Source: Sandaracinaceae bacterium (GTDB lineage Bacteria; Myxococcota_A; Polyangia; Polyangiales; Sandaracinaceae). Taken from it: a stretch of DNA of 64,000 bases. The position numbers and the translations under genes are program-made. This document shows positions 1 to 10,458 of the stretch, piece by piece; positions within the stretch are counted from its first letter, which is position 1, and every line of letters begins with the position of its first letter. The stretch lies in NCBI GenBank assembly GCA_044220955.1, contig JBGAQA010000004.1:1-64000 (forward strand), read 5' to 3'. Below the pieces are notes generated by a model. The model did no database searches. It was not told the DNA's origin and worked only from the letters and a program-made list of their open reading frames with translations.

Positions 1-4
1 TGCC

Positions 5-1332
5 ATGGACGAACGCTACAAGGACGAGATCACCGCTGCCAGCCGTTTGCTAACGCGCGCCATCGTCGAGAAGGAGACCGATCTCGCGAAGGCCGCGCTG
101 ACGATCGACGCACTGACCCGGGCGCTGCTCCGCGACGTCGGACGCGAGACGGTTGCCGCCGTGTACGCGGAGCTGATGTCGCGCGCCGCTCGGGCTGCGG
201 GCGCGAGCGGATTGAAGGTGCACCGGTCTCCGACGATCGCGGTCATGACGCTGTTCGGCGTCCTGACGATCGTCTCGACGTACTTCCGCGACGCGCGCAC
301 CAAGCGCTCGGCCAGACCGCTCGCGGATCTCGGCCTGCACCACGGAGCTCGCACACCCGCCGTCGAACGCGCGCTCACCGACTTCGGCGCGGAGGAGTCG
401 TTCGGACAGGCCGCCAAGCGTTTCGAGGAGCACTACGGCTTCGACGTCGGCCGCACGACGGTGCTGCGCGTCGTCGAGGGGCACGCGGCCAACGCGCAGG
501 CGTTCGTGCACGCCCGACTTGAATCGGCAGAGAAGCAGTTCGACGAGCCGCTTGCGACGCGTCCGGGCGTCGAGCGCATGATCGTGCAGCTCGACGGGTG
601 CGAGATCCGAACCGGCACACTGCGGCCCGCGGGAACCGACGAGAAGAGCCCGGTGCGCGCGGGTTGCCCAAGCGCGTGCGCGACGAAGCCTGGGTCGATG
701 TTCGTGTCGCCCTCGCGCGACCGGTCGACGAGCTCGAGCCTACGTACGTCGCGCGCTACGACAAGTACGAGAGCGTCGTCGACGAGCTGTTCGGAGCCGC
801 GTGCTACCGCGGGCTCTCGTCGAGGACGAATGTCTTCGCTCCCAGCGACGGCGGCTTCGGCCTGCGCGAGGCGCTCGACGCCAAGTTCGCCGGGCTCCGC
901 TTCATCCTCGACCGACCGCACCTGCGCTCGCATCTGTTCGAGACGGCCGATGCGATCGGCCTGCGTGACGACGAACGCTACCGCTGGGTCGCTCACAAGA
1001 TCGTCCTGCTCGATGGCGGCGCAGAGCAGATCGAGACGGCGTTCGGCGAACTGCGGGCACACAAGGGACGCGGCAAGAAGCGCGTCGGCCAGCTCCTCAA
1101 GCACCTCACCCGATTCCACGATGATCTCGGTCACGACGAGATCCGCGCCGCCGGCCTGCCCGTCGGCTCCGGCGAGGTCGAGAGCGCGCACAGGACGATC
1201 CCGCAGAAGCGCCTGAAGCTGCCCGGCGCCTGGTGGCACCCCGACACCGTCAACAAGATGCTCGGCCTCCGCGTCCTGCGCGCCAACCGCGACTGGTGGG
1301 CCGACTACTGGGAACACTCCGCTGCCGCCTGA
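5..1332 (+). pseudogene. Transposase with apparent 2-nt (GC) insertion at ~659-660
   Basis: gtg cgc [gc] ggg ttg ccc aag: removing GC joins the two ORFs into one frame (…SPVRGLPKRVRDEAW…). Confidence 0.7.
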
Positions 1333-1354
1333 CCAACCGCCAGCGATCACACCC
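5..1354 (+). mobile_element. ISKra4-family-like insertion sequence; transposase split by a frameshift; left end outside window
   Basis: N-half in ORF 5.. (…MIVQLDGCEIR) and C-half in ORF ..1332 (SDGG, ILDRPH, GSGEVESAHRTIPQKRLKLPGAWW, typical ISKra4 C-terminus). Probable right terminus CAGCGATCACACCC at 1341-1354. Confidence 0.8.
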
Positions 1355-1409
1355 GGGCTGGCTCGAGCGCACGACACGTGCCGCGTTCTCGGGTTAGTCT
1401 GAGGCCGAG

Positions 1410-2594
1410 ATGGAACCGATCGACGTCTGCGTGATCGGACTCGGAACGGTCGGACTCCCTCTCGCGGCGTGGTTCGCGAAGCAGGGCCTCCGCGTGCACG
1501 GCGTCGATCACGACGCGAGCCGCGTGCGGCGCGTGGCAGCGGGCGACGTGCCCACGCGCGAGCCCGGCTTGCACGACCTGGTGCTGGAGGTGACGGTCGC
1601 CGGGCGCCTCCGCGCGTCGCGGGAACCGGTGCACGCGCGCGCGTACGTCATCGCGGTCCCGACGCCGATCGACGCCGAACGTCGTCCGATGCTCCACGCG
1701 CTCCACGACGCCGTCGACGCGATCGTCCCTCGCCTCACCGACGACACGCTCGTGGTCGTGGCGTCGACCGTTCCGGTCGGGACCACGCAGGCGATCGCCA
1801 CGCGTATCCGCGCGGCGCGCGGCGAGGCCGGGACGATCCACGTCGCGTTCGCGCCCGAGCGCATCCTTCCGGGCGCCGTGCTCGCGGAGCTCGCCGAGAG
1901 CCCCCGCGTCGTCGGCGGTGTCGACGAGGCCGCGACGGCGCGCGCGGCGTCGCTCTACGCCTCCCTGGGAGCGGGCGAGGTCTCGCAGACCGACGCGCGC
2001 ACGGCGGAGCTCTGCAAGCTGGCCGAGAACGCGCAGCGTGACGTGGCGATCGCGTTCGCCGACGAGCTCGCCAGCGTCGCGGAGCGTCTCGGCGTGGATG
2101 CACGCGAGGTGACCCGCATCGCGAACCGCCACCCGCGCGTCCACTTGCTCGACGCGACGACAGGCGCGGGAGGCCCCTGCCTGCCGAAGGACGCGTGGCT
2201 CCTGGCTGGTGCGGCTCCGGACGACACGCGCCTCGTGCAGGAGGCCCGAAAGGTGGCGGAGCGGCGCGTCCGCGCGCTCGTGACGCGCGTCCTGGACGCG
2301 AGCGCCGGCCGGCGGGTGATCGGATGTCTGGGCATCGCGTACAAGCCCGACGTCGACGACACGCGCGGATCCACCGCGCTCGAGATCGTCGAGCGCCTGA
2401 AGCGTGCGCGCCCGGCTGGCGTGCTCGTGGCCGATCCCGTGGTGACCGGCCGCAGCGACACCGTCGAGGTCGACGAGCTGCTCGCGCGTGACGCGGCCCT
2501 GGTGGCGCTGGTCCGCCACCGTCTTTTCGTCGCGCGGCGCGAGCAGCTCCGCGGTCGCGTCGTCGTGGACGCCTGCGGACTCACGTCGGGATGA
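1410..2594 (+). CDS. wecC: UDP-N-acetyl-D-mannosamine dehydrogenase / nucleotide-sugar dehydrogenase
   Basis: GLGTVG Rossmann motif, IAVPTP, PERILPG, KLAEN, GGPCLPKD, GIAYKPDVDDTR; overlaps wecB (ATGA). Confidence 0.85.
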   Translation: MEPIDVCVIGLGTVGLPLAAWFAKQGLRVHGVDHDASRVRRVAAGDVPTREPGLHDLVLEVTVAGRLRASREPVHARAYVIAVPTPIDAERRPMLHALHDAVDAIVPRLTDDTLVVVASTVPVGTTQAIATRIRAARGEAGTIHVAFAPERILPGAVLAELAESPRVVGGVDEAATARAASLYASLGAGEVSQTDARTAELCKLAENAQRDVAIAFADELASVAERLGVDAREVTRIANRHPRVHLLDATTGAGGPCLPKDAWLLAGAAPDDTRLVQEARKVAERRVRALVTRVLDASAGRRVIGCLGIAYKPDVDDTRGSTALEIVERLKRARPAGVLVADPVVTGRSDTVEVDELLARDAALVALVRHRLFVARREQLRGRVVVDACGLTSG

Positions 2595-3703
2595 ACGTCC
2601 TCGTCGTGATCGGGACGCGTCCCGAGGCGATCAAGATGGCGCCCGTCGTCCGCGCGCTCGACGCGTCGCCGCGGCATCGCCGCACGCTCTGCGCGGTGCA
2701 GCAGCAACCGGCGTGGCTCGAGGGTGCGCTCTCGACCTTCGCGCTCGTCCCCGACCTGGTGGTGGGCGCGGGCGCGCCCGACGCGGACCCCGCCGAGCGC
2801 CTCGCACACGTCCTCTCGGAGATGCGAGGCGTCCTCGCGCGCGTCCGTCCCGACGTGGTGCTCGTCCACGGCGACACGACGACCGCGCTGGCGGCGGCGC
2901 TCGCCACGTTCTACGCGCGCATCCCGCTGACGCACGTGGAGGCGGGACTGCGCTCCTTCGATCTCGGCGCGCCCTGGCCCGAGGAGGGGCACCGCGTGAC
3001 GATCGATGCGCTCTCGCAGCGCCTGCTCGTCCCCTCGGAGCGCGCCCGCGAGAACCTGCTCGCCGAGCGCGTGGATCCACGGCGCATCGTCGTCACGGGC
3101 AACCCGATCGTCGACGCCTTCGAGCACGTGCTACCCGAGGCGCGCACCATCGCCCTCGCGTCGATCGAGGGGCTCGGCGCGCTCCCGAGCGGCGCTCGTC
3201 TCGTGACCGTGACCTGTCACCGCCGCGAGCAGCATGGCGCAGGGCTCGAGCGCATCGCGGGTGCCATCGCGCGCGCCGCCAAGGAGCGAGACGATCTCGT
3301 CTTCGCGTGGCCCTTGCACGCACATCCGGCGGCGCGGGATCCGATCCGCCTGCGGCTCGCAGACACCCCGAACGCGCGCGTCCTTCCGCCGCTCTCGTAC
3401 CCGAGCTTCCTCGCGCTCCTCGCGGCGAGCACCCTCGTGGTCACGGACTCGGGCGGCGTGCAGGAAGAGGCGCCGCTCCTCGGCCGACCGCTGCTCGTCG
3501 CGCGCGATCGGACCGAGCGGCCCGAGGTGATCGCGTCTGGCGCGGGGCAGCTCGTCGGCACCTCGGAGCAAGGGATCGTCAGCGGAATCCTCGCGCTCGT
3601 CGACGATGCGGCGGCCCGCGAGCGCATGACGCGAGCCGCGTTCCCCTACGGGACGGTCGGCGCCGCCCAGCGCATCGTGCAGGCGCTGACCCTCCACGGA
3701 TGA
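2591..3703 (+). CDS. wecB: UDP-N-acetylglucosamine 2-epimerase (non-hydrolysing)
   Basis: GTRPEAIKMAP, HGDTTT, HVEAGLRS, PWPEE, TDSGGVQEEAP, TERPE motifs. Confidence 0.95.
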   Translation: MNVLVVIGTRPEAIKMAPVVRALDASPRHRRTLCAVQQQPAWLEGALSTFALVPDLVVGAGAPDADPAERLAHVLSEMRGVLARVRPDVVLVHGDTTTALAAALATFYARIPLTHVEAGLRSFDLGAPWPEEGHRVTIDALSQRLLVPSERARENLLAERVDPRRIVVTGNPIVDAFEHVLPEARTIALASIEGLGALPSGARLVTVTCHRREQHGAGLERIAGAIARAAKERDDLVFAWPLHAHPAARDPIRLRLADTPNARVLPPLSYPSFLALLAASTLVVTDSGGVQEEAPLLGRPLLVARDRTERPEVIASGAGQLVGTSEQGIVSGILALVDDAAARERMTRAAFPYGTVGAAQRIVQALTLHG

Positions 3704-3849
3704 GCGCGACGTCGCAGCGGGCGCGCACCCGCGCGATCGTCGCCTGCAGGGACACGCAGCCGCCGCGTCGTGCGCTCTTCGCGCGAAGGCCGCCCTCACC
3801 CCCCGCGATCCGTGACCGCTCGGCGACGCCGGGCGCGAGCAGGCCGCCT

Positions 3850-4110
3850 GTCATCTCGCCATCGCTGGGCGCTCACGTCGCAGCTGAGCCGGGCGTGGTC
3901 GTCGAGCGGGCCGAGGAGCTGGGCCATCTTCAGAGCGCCGCTCGGGAGCAGGACCGCGCGGCTGCACTCGTGGAAGTCGAGGTGCCGGAGTTGATGGACG
4001 TGCTCGACCGCGTAGCTCCGCGTCTCCTTGCTGATGACCCATCGCTCGCCGTGCCGCGCCGAGCCCCGCGCTTCCTCTTCTGCCGGTACAAGCCCTGCGC
4101 CCGGTCGGGT
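3850..4110 (-). pseudogene. Degenerate DDE integrase-like (IS481/Mu-type) transposase fragment
   Basis: ETRSYAVEHVHQLRHLDFHECSRAVLLPSG…LLGPLDDHARL resembles the integrase-core segment of such transposases; frame-broken. Boundaries approximate. Confidence 0.55.
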
Positions 4111-4239
4111 ACGCGGGCATCGGTGCGAGCTCGGGGCGCTCCTTCGCGAGCGCACACGGGTTGTCGTGGTGGAGCGGGTAGGCGATCGAGCGCGAGCGGC
4201 GGCCGGAGCAGGTAGCGGCTGAGCTACGCGAGTCGGTCT

Positions 4240-4580
4240 CGCTGGTGCTCCCACTCGGGGGCGCGCCTCAGGGCAGCCGAAGTCGTGCGGGTCGTCGTCC
4301 GCGGCGTCGCGCTCGCTGCGGGTCGACGCCAGGTAGGCCCGCGCGAGGCTCTGCTCGTCCTCGTCCTCGTCGAGCTCGGGTCCGTCGAGCTCGGGTCCGT
4401 CGAGCAGGCGCTCCGCGGGAGCGATGCTGCGGACGAGGATCGCCTCGAGCTCGTCGGGCGTCGGCGCGGGGATCCCATGGAGCTCGCAGCGCGTGTCGTA
4501 GACCCGGTCGAGCGGGAGTGAGGCTGTGGACGTGGACGTCCACGCGCAGGTTGCTGCTCGAGCGCATGCCGCAGCTCGCC
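4240..4580 (-). pseudogene. Degenerate IS91-family (HUH/Y2) transposase fragment
   Basis: RSSSNLRVDVHVHSL, then after a frameshift LDRVY…IPAPTPDELEAIL, resembling the IS91 'LNxHxHxLxLDGVY…PxP' region. Boundaries approximate. Confidence 0.55.
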
Positions 4581-4693
4581 GATCGTGGAGCCCGCCGGCG
4601 TGTAGACGAACAGCGTATGGCGCGCCGCGCATGCGCGCGCGAACGTCCGATCGACGGCGCTCTGTCGCGCCTCATTCAGTTCAGGACGACACC

Positions 4694-5227
4694 ATGACCC
4701 GTACATCGCTGACGCTGCGCCTTCTTCTTTCTCTTCTCATCGTGGCTGGCTGTTCGACGACGCCGGTCGGGAACGACGCCGGCCCGACGCACGGCGGGGA
4801 CACGGGCACGCCCTCGGAGGACACGGGCACGCCCTCGGAGGACACGGGGACGGCCGCGGATCCGCTCGTGGGAACCTGGGTGAGTGGGCCGACGACGGCG
4901 ACGGGAACGGCGATGCAAGAGACCACGTACACCTACACGTTCGCCGCCGACGGGACGTACACGTGGAATCGGCACATCGTGTACCCCGAGGGCACGGGCG
5001 CGGTGCTCGCCGGCTGCACCCGCGACGGGGTCGTGTCGGGAACGTACGTCTCGGCCAGCCTGATGATCACGCCGACGATGGGAACGTCCGAGATCACCGG
5101 CGCGACGTGCGGTGGAACCTCCGCGTCGATGCCGATTCCCGGGGGCGACCCGGAGTTGATGGCGACCACCGCCGCGCTCTCGGGAACCATGCTGACGGTC
5201 AATGGCGAGGCCTACACCAAGCAATAG
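4694..5227 (+). CDS. Lipoprotein, lipocalin-like beta domain after a repeat linker
   Basis: Lipobox VAGC; DTGTPSE repeats (21-bp tandem at 4798-4848); DPLVGTW…YTFAADGTY. Confidence 0.7.
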   Translation: MTRTSLTLRLLLSLLIVAGCSTTPVGNDAGPTHGGDTGTPSEDTGTPSEDTGTAADPLVGTWVSGPTTATGTAMQETTYTYTFAADGTYTWNRHIVYPEGTGAVLAGCTRDGVVSGTYVSASLMITPTMGTSEITGATCGGTSASMPIPGGDPELMATTAALSGTMLTVNGEAYTKQ

Positions 5228-5274
5228 TCGCCGATCGCCTGCACGTCCCCGTCCCTCTCGATTCGGAGGTCTCC

Positions 5275-5955
5275 GTGATTCGTTCCTCGCTGCTCGGTCT
5301 CGTCGCTCTCGGCCTCTTGGGCTGCTCCTCGGGAGGGGACGCGCCGCGCGCGACCATGGGGACCTCCGCTGACACCGCAGCGAGCGCGGTGGCCGAGATG
5401 CAGCAGGGCTCACCCGCGCTCGAGAACGAGATCCAGGGGCCCGGCGCGATGAACCTGGGAATGGAGGTCATGGGCGCCGTCTGCAACGGCGGCGCCGAGG
5501 ACGTCGCGTACTGCCAGGGCAGCAACTACGTCGAGTGCGACATGGGCGCCTGGAAGTCGGTCCCGTGCGGTGACTCGCCTCAGTACTGTGGAGAGCTGAA
5601 CGGCACGGTCGGCTGCTACTCGCAGATGAGCAACGATCCGGAGCCGGGGCCGGACCCGGTGGACGCCGCGACGAGCGGTGGCGACGCCGGGACGCCGACG
5701 TGCCCGATGGCCGACGGCATCTACGACTACGTGTCCGTCACGGGCGACGGGTGCGGCCCGCAAGGAGCCGCCCAGCTGGAGCAGCACGGCTGCGACGTCG
5801 CCGCGGTCGGCGGCCCGTTCGATTCCCTCACGTTCGCCATCAACGCCGATGGCACGCAGAGCAACTGCGCGATGAGCATGCAGTGCTTTACCGTCTCGGG
5901 CGCGATGATCACCTACCGCCAGGATCCTTGCACGTGGGTCTACATGCGTCGCTAA
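5275..5955 (+). CDS. Cys-rich lipoprotein
   Basis: GGAGG RBS before GTG; lipobox LLGC; multiple Cys. Confidence 0.7.
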   Translation: MIRSSLLGLVALGLLGCSSGGDAPRATMGTSADTAASAVAEMQQGSPALENEIQGPGAMNLGMEVMGAVCNGGAEDVAYCQGSNYVECDMGAWKSVPCGDSPQYCGELNGTVGCYSQMSNDPEPGPDPVDAATSGGDAGTPTCPMADGIYDYVSVTGDGCGPQGAAQLEQHGCDVAAVGGPFDSLTFAINADGTQSNCAMSMQCFTVSGAMITYRQDPCTWVYMRR

Positions 5956-5986
5956 CTTGGGTCGCGGCGGGGTATCATTCGAGAGC

Positions 5987-6313
5987 ATGTATACGCGTGG
6001 AGCACGACCTGGGGGGCGGAACGAACTCGCCAGCGAGGCTCCGGAAGCTTTGCGCGCCACGCGCCTCGATCTCGGCGACGGGGAGATGGTGATCTTCTCG
6101 TACCCGGTCCCTGGGCCCACGCACGCAGCCGACTTGGCGCGGCTCACGGCCGCCGAGCGAGCCGTTCTCGCCCTTCTGCTCGCCGGTCAGACGAACGCCG
6201 AGGTCGCGGTCAAGCGCAGGAGGAGCGCGCGGACCGTCGGCAAGCAGATCGACGCCATCTACCGCAAGCTCGGAGTCCACTCGCGGGGTGAGCTGGCGGC
6301 GCGCTACGGCTGA
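5987..6313 (+). CDS. Small LuxR-type HTH regulator
   Basis: LTAAERAVLALLLAGQTNAEVA…SARTVGKQIDAIYRKLGVHSRGEL. Confidence 0.85.
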   Translation: MYTRGARPGGRNELASEAPEALRATRLDLGDGEMVIFSYPVPGPTHAADLARLTAAERAVLALLLAGQTNAEVAVKRRRSARTVGKQIDAIYRKLGVHSRGELAARYG

Positions 6314-7305
6314 GGGTCGAGCGTCACGCCCTGCATCATCCGCACGAGCTGGACCCGCGAGCGGGCGCCCAGTTTTCGAGCCGCTCGCGAGAGCAGCGTC
6401 GCCACCGTCGATTCCGCCAGATCGAGCGCGTAGGCGATCACCTTGTTCGCGTGTCCGAGCGCAGCCGCCCCGGCGACCATCTGCTCTCGGGGCGAGAGGA
6501 ACGAAATGGCGGCCGCGGTGCGTGGGAGGTTCGGGTACGCGACCACGTACCGACGGCCGTCGCGTTCGAACTGGTCGACGAGCGTCCAACGCTTCTCCAC
6601 CATGCACCGCCAGAGCGCCAGTGTCTGCGCAGCATCCGAGCCCACCCCACGCGTGTGCGCCCGATCGAGGCGCAACGTCGCCTCACGCAAGGCCGCTCGC
6701 GCGAGACGTGTACGCGCGCCGCCTTCCGCATGAACCAGCTTGCCACCTGGCTCGAGAACCGCCGCTGGCGCCTGCGCGTCTGCTCGCAGTCGACGTCGGA
6801 GCCGCGCGGCCGTGGCGAGGTGAGGCGCGACGCGGTTCCAGAACGCCTCCTCGCCGCGACCTGCTGCGAGCGAGCGTCCGCCGGGAGCCCACGTCGCGAA
6901 CGCGATTCCCTCCCCGTCCGAGTCGAGGCCCATCAGCCCGGCGGCACCGCTGGCTTCGTGCTCGTGGAGGGTGCCCAGCGCCGACGCGCTCTCGCGCAGC
7001 CCCAAGACCAGCGGCGTGTTGCTGAGGCCGAAGGGGCCGCCGAGGTGGATCTGCCGAAGGAACTCGCGTCCGGCGTTCGCGATCAGCCCGTTCCACAGCG
7101 CGAGCACGTCCACCTTGGTGGGGCCGACGTGACCGTGTCCCTCGAACTCCCCTGGACCGCCGATGCGTACGAAATAGCCCGTCACCCCGAGCCCCCGGTC
7201 CAGGTTGGGGCGGACGGCACGCGTGACGCGCGCCAGCCAGACGTCGTCGGAGGTGTCCCGCGCGTAGGCCGCATCCAGGATGTCGAGCGCCGTGCTCGGC
7301 TTCAC
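6304..7305 (-). CDS. LuxR-family regulator with N-terminal putative sensor domain
   Basis: C-terminal LSPREQMV…GHANKVIAYALDLAESTV HTH; GTG start overlaps the upstream stop. Confidence 0.8.
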   Translation of the reverse strand: MKPSTALDILDAAYARDTSDDVWLARVTRAVRPNLDRGLGVTGYFVRIGGPGEFEGHGHVGPTKVDVLALWNGLIANAGREFLRQIHLGGPFGLSNTPLVLGLRESASALGTLHEHEASGAAGLMGLDSDGEGIAFATWAPGGRSLAAGRGEEAFWNRVAPHLATAARLRRRLRADAQAPAAVLEPGGKLVHAEGGARTRLARAALREATLRLDRAHTRGVGSDAAQTLALWRCMVEKRWTLVDQFERDGRRYVVAYPNLPRTAAAISFLSPREQMVAGAAALGHANKVIAYALDLAESTVATLLSRAARKLGARSRVQLVRMMQGVTLDPQP

Positions 7306-8453
7306 CTGCGCCGCCCACGGGGCCGCTCGGAACCGGCAGATGGAGTCCCGGAGGACTCCGGGGGTCGAGTCGGAAGCGCAACCTCGGCCGCGCGCGCGAA
7401 CCTGACCATGCCCACGCGGGTGGTCGTGCCCAGCTTGCGTGCGAGGCGTCCGACGAGCGTGCTGACGGTGGACTCGGCGAGCGCGAGTTCGTACGAAATC
7501 TCTTTGTTCGAGAGGCCGCAGCCCACCGACGCCAGAACCTGTCGCTCTCGGGGCGAGAGATCGCGGCGCGTCTCCCATGGCTCGTTCCGCGCGGCGACGA
7601 GGTAGCGGCGGCCGTCGCTCTCGAATCGATCCACGAGCGTCCACCGCTGCGCGACCAAGCAGCGCCAGAGGTCGACCGCTTGCTCGCGATTCGACCCGAC
7701 GTGGGCACGGTCGATCGCGCGCGCTGCGCGTCGCAGTGCCTCGCGGACGTCGCGCGTTCGCGCATCGTGGTCAGCGTGCAGCACGCGGCCCCCGGGATCG
7801 AGGACCGCGTCGGGGGTCGTGTGCTCCTGAGGGTTCCGTGTGAGCCGCATGCGCAGTCGGTATGCGGTCGCGACGTGCCGAACGACGCCAGCGAACTTCG
7901 CCTTGGTCGCCACGAGCTCCGAGCGCTCGACCCACCGCTTTCGGTTCGCGACGAACGCGACCGATACTCCGCTCGGATCCCGCGCGACGAGGTTCAACGA
8001 GTCGGGATAGAAGAGTCGCTCCGACGCGCTCTGGCGCGCCGCGTGCTCGACGAAAGCATGCGCCCAGCCGCGGCCGGCGAGCACACGCAGATGTTCGTCG
8101 AACGTGGGCACGTCATTGCTCACGGCATGCCAGAGCTGCTGCGCCGACGACACGGTGCCGAACGAGAGCATTCCGTTCATCGAGGCGGTGTCGGCGCCGC
8201 GCATGAGGGGTTCCCACCAGTTCTCTCGCCAGATCGCGCACCACTCCGGCCGCCCTCCCACGACGAGCGGAACACCCAACGAGTGGCGCCCCTCAGCGAA
8301 CGTGGCTGTAAAGGCGTGCGTACCGAGCCCGGTATCGATGTGGGGCGCGATGGCTCGAGCGATCCCCGTCAGCCAGGCCGCGTCGTTCCGATCCAGGGCA
8401 TACACCGCGTCGAGCACGTCGATCAGCCCCAGGTCCCCCGCCCGCTCCGCCAT
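7302..8453 (-). CDS. LuxR-family regulator, paralogue of 6304..7305
   Basis: LWRCLVAQRWTLVDRFESDGRRY and LSPRERQVL…GLSNKEISYELALAESTV. Confidence 0.8.
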   Translation of the reverse strand: MAERAGDLGLIDVLDAVYALDRNDAAWLTGIARAIAPHIDTGLGTHAFTATFAEGRHSLGVPLVVGGRPEWCAIWRENWWEPLMRGADTASMNGMLSFGTVSSAQQLWHAVSNDVPTFDEHLRVLAGRGWAHAFVEHAARQSASERLFYPDSLNLVARDPSGVSVAFVANRKRWVERSELVATKAKFAGVVRHVATAYRLRMRLTRNPQEHTTPDAVLDPGGRVLHADHDARTRDVREALRRAARAIDRAHVGSNREQAVDLWRCLVAQRWTLVDRFESDGRRYLVAARNEPWETRRDLSPRERQVLASVGCGLSNKEISYELALAESTVSTLVGRLARKLGTTTRVGMVRFARAAEVALPTRPPESSGTPSAGSERPRGRRR

Positions 8454-8841
8454 GCCTCGCCGCCTCCGTTCGATCGCGGCCGGATTGGCCGAGATCACCC
8501 CCACCGTCCTCCCCGCGCGTCCCCGGAGTGCATCCCGTGCGCTGAACGCGCGCAAGCGAGTGTCTGGCCACATGACGTCGTTGATTACCCCATACGGCCT
8601 CCCATCGCTGCCGAGGGTGTGGGTGCAGGTGATACGGGGGGGCGATGCGACGTCCTTTCCCCTATCCTCGGGCCGTCCGATGGGCCCCTCTCCCTGTCCA
8701 CGCCGTCGCTCTCCGGACGACGACGCGCCGCGCGCGCCGCACACGGACGTGAGCAGCACGCCGAGCGCGTTCCCTGCACCGAGGCGTCGCCAGGCCCGGG
8801 CACGGGAAGCGGCACCCGCAGCGTCCGTCCCTGAAGTCCGT

Positions 8842-10455
8842 ATGTCGCTCGTGCGAGACGCTTCCCTGATGGTGCTGCTGCTCGTGCTGGCGCTCCCCGC
8901 GCGAGCGCAGGACGACCTCGCCACGCGAGAGGCAGCCCTGCGCGCGCGCGTCGAGGCGAGCGCGACCGACCTCGCCGCGCGCTGCGAGCTCGGCTACGTG
9001 CTCGTGCGCGAAGAGCGCTTCGAGGACGCGCGCACGTTGCTCGCGCCCACGCTCGACGCCCTCCCGGCTCCGGCGGTCGCCGAGCGCGAACGTCGAGGCA
9101 CGTGCCTCTACAACCTCGGGCGGGCCGAGGAAGGGCTCGCGCATTTCGAGGCGGCCGCCACGCGCTACCGCGCCTCGCTCGCGCTGCGCCCCAACGACGC
9201 GGTCCAGCTCCGGCTCGACGCGGTCCTCGCGCGCCTGTCGGCGCCTGCTTCGCCACCTCCGACCGCGGCCCCGCCGTTCCCCAGGCCCGCGAGGCTCGCA
9301 CCCGAGCTCGCCACGCGCTGCGCGCTCGATTCGCAGTACGTCGAGATCGCCCAGGAGCTCCCGGTGTCGATCGAGGGCGTGACCCGCGCGGTCCTGGTCG
9401 ACGATGACCGGCAGTGGCGAGTCGCGTTCCTCGGCGAGACGACGTGCGCGACGAGCGAGGTCCTCTTCGACGAGGCGTGGGGCTGGCGCTGGCACGACAC
9501 CTCGAGCGTCACCGCGACGGTGAGCGGGAGCGGGGAGCGCACCCGCGTCGCCGTGCGCACGCGCCTGACGCACGACGCCCGGCTCGAGGCGCGCGACTTC
9601 GCCGAGGAGCGCGTCACGGTCGTCTGGGGGAGCGCGACCGAGCTCTCCTCGTTCACCAACCCGATCGCCGCACACCGTGGTGCCGATCCAGGGTTCGAGC
9701 TCGCGCTCTCGTTCGACGCCCAGGGGCGGAGCGTGCTGAGCGTCGTGTCGGGGTCGCCGCCGCCCGAGATGGCCGCGATGGCGGGGACGCACACGCTCCC
9801 GATGCGCGACGTGCCGGAGCTCTGGTCGGGCGAGGTGATCCCCGCGTCGCTCGCCCGCGCCTTCCGCGGGCGCCTCTTCGACCGGACGCGCGTCGTGCGG
9901 CGTGTCGACGGCGACGGGCTGTCTGCGGTCGTCGTCTTCACCGAGACGGGAGGCGACGCCGATGAGAGGGGACTCTTCTACGCCGCGCTCCGGAGCGGCG
10001 ATCGATGGATGGCTGCGCGGCCGTTCGCGCAGTACTACCCCGCGACGAACGCCTCGCACCGCGGCCTCGACGCGGTCGATCTCGTGCGGGTCGCGATCGA
10101 GCCGGTCCTCGCGGGCGCGTCGCCGGCGCTCGTCGTGGAGTGGCAGCGCGAGCGCGACGACCTCTGCGAAGACGTGATGGACGAGCAGTACTCGCAGGCG
10201 GCGACCTCGGTCTTCTGGGTCGAAGGAACCCGCGCCCGCAGCTGGACGATCCCGACGACGGTGCGCGCGAGCTTCGGTCGATCGTTCCAGCTCTCCGTCG
10301 CGCTCGCGGCGGGCACCGTGACGGTGGCGGAGGTGGAGGGCTCTGCGCCGCCGGGCGTGCGCGGGGCGCTCGGGACCCATTCGATTCCTGACATCCACCC
10401 GACGTTCTCGCTGCGCGGTAGCGACGAGATCGACGTCGAGCCCCCAGGGCCCTGA
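8842..10455 (+). CDS. Secreted TPR-containing protein with internally duplicated beta domain
   Basis: Signal peptide (ARA/Q); TPR-like CLYNLGRAEEGL; repeated segments FELALSF…GSPPP…AGTH and FQLSVAL…GSAPP…LGTH. Confidence 0.7.
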   Translation: MSLVRDASLMVLLLVLALPARAQDDLATREAALRARVEASATDLAARCELGYVLVREERFEDARTLLAPTLDALPAPAVAERERRGTCLYNLGRAEEGLAHFEAAATRYRASLALRPNDAVQLRLDAVLARLSAPASPPPTAAPPFPRPARLAPELATRCALDSQYVEIAQELPVSIEGVTRAVLVDDDRQWRVAFLGETTCATSEVLFDEAWGWRWHDTSSVTATVSGSGERTRVAVRTRLTHDARLEARDFAEERVTVVWGSATELSSFTNPIAAHRGADPGFELALSFDAQGRSVLSVVSGSPPPEMAAMAGTHTLPMRDVPELWSGEVIPASLARAFRGRLFDRTRVVRRVDGDGLSAVVVFTETGGDADERGLFYAALRSGDRWMAARPFAQYYPATNASHRGLDAVDLVRVAIEPVLAGASPALVVEWQRERDDLCEDVMDEQYSQAATSVFWVEGTRARSWTIPTTVRASFGRSFQLSVALAAGTVTVAEVEGSAPPGVRGALGTHSIPDIHPTFSLRGSDEIDVEPPGP

Positions 10456-10458
10456 TCA

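Noticed and set aside
650..665. Programmed ribosomal frameshift in the transposase
   Set aside because: No A-rich slippery heptamer; a GC dinucleotide slip explains it more simply.
8555..8570. TGGC-containing GG-N10-GC on the minus strand upstream of the LuxR pair
   Set aside because: Poor -12 context; GG-N10-GC alone is frequent at this GC content.
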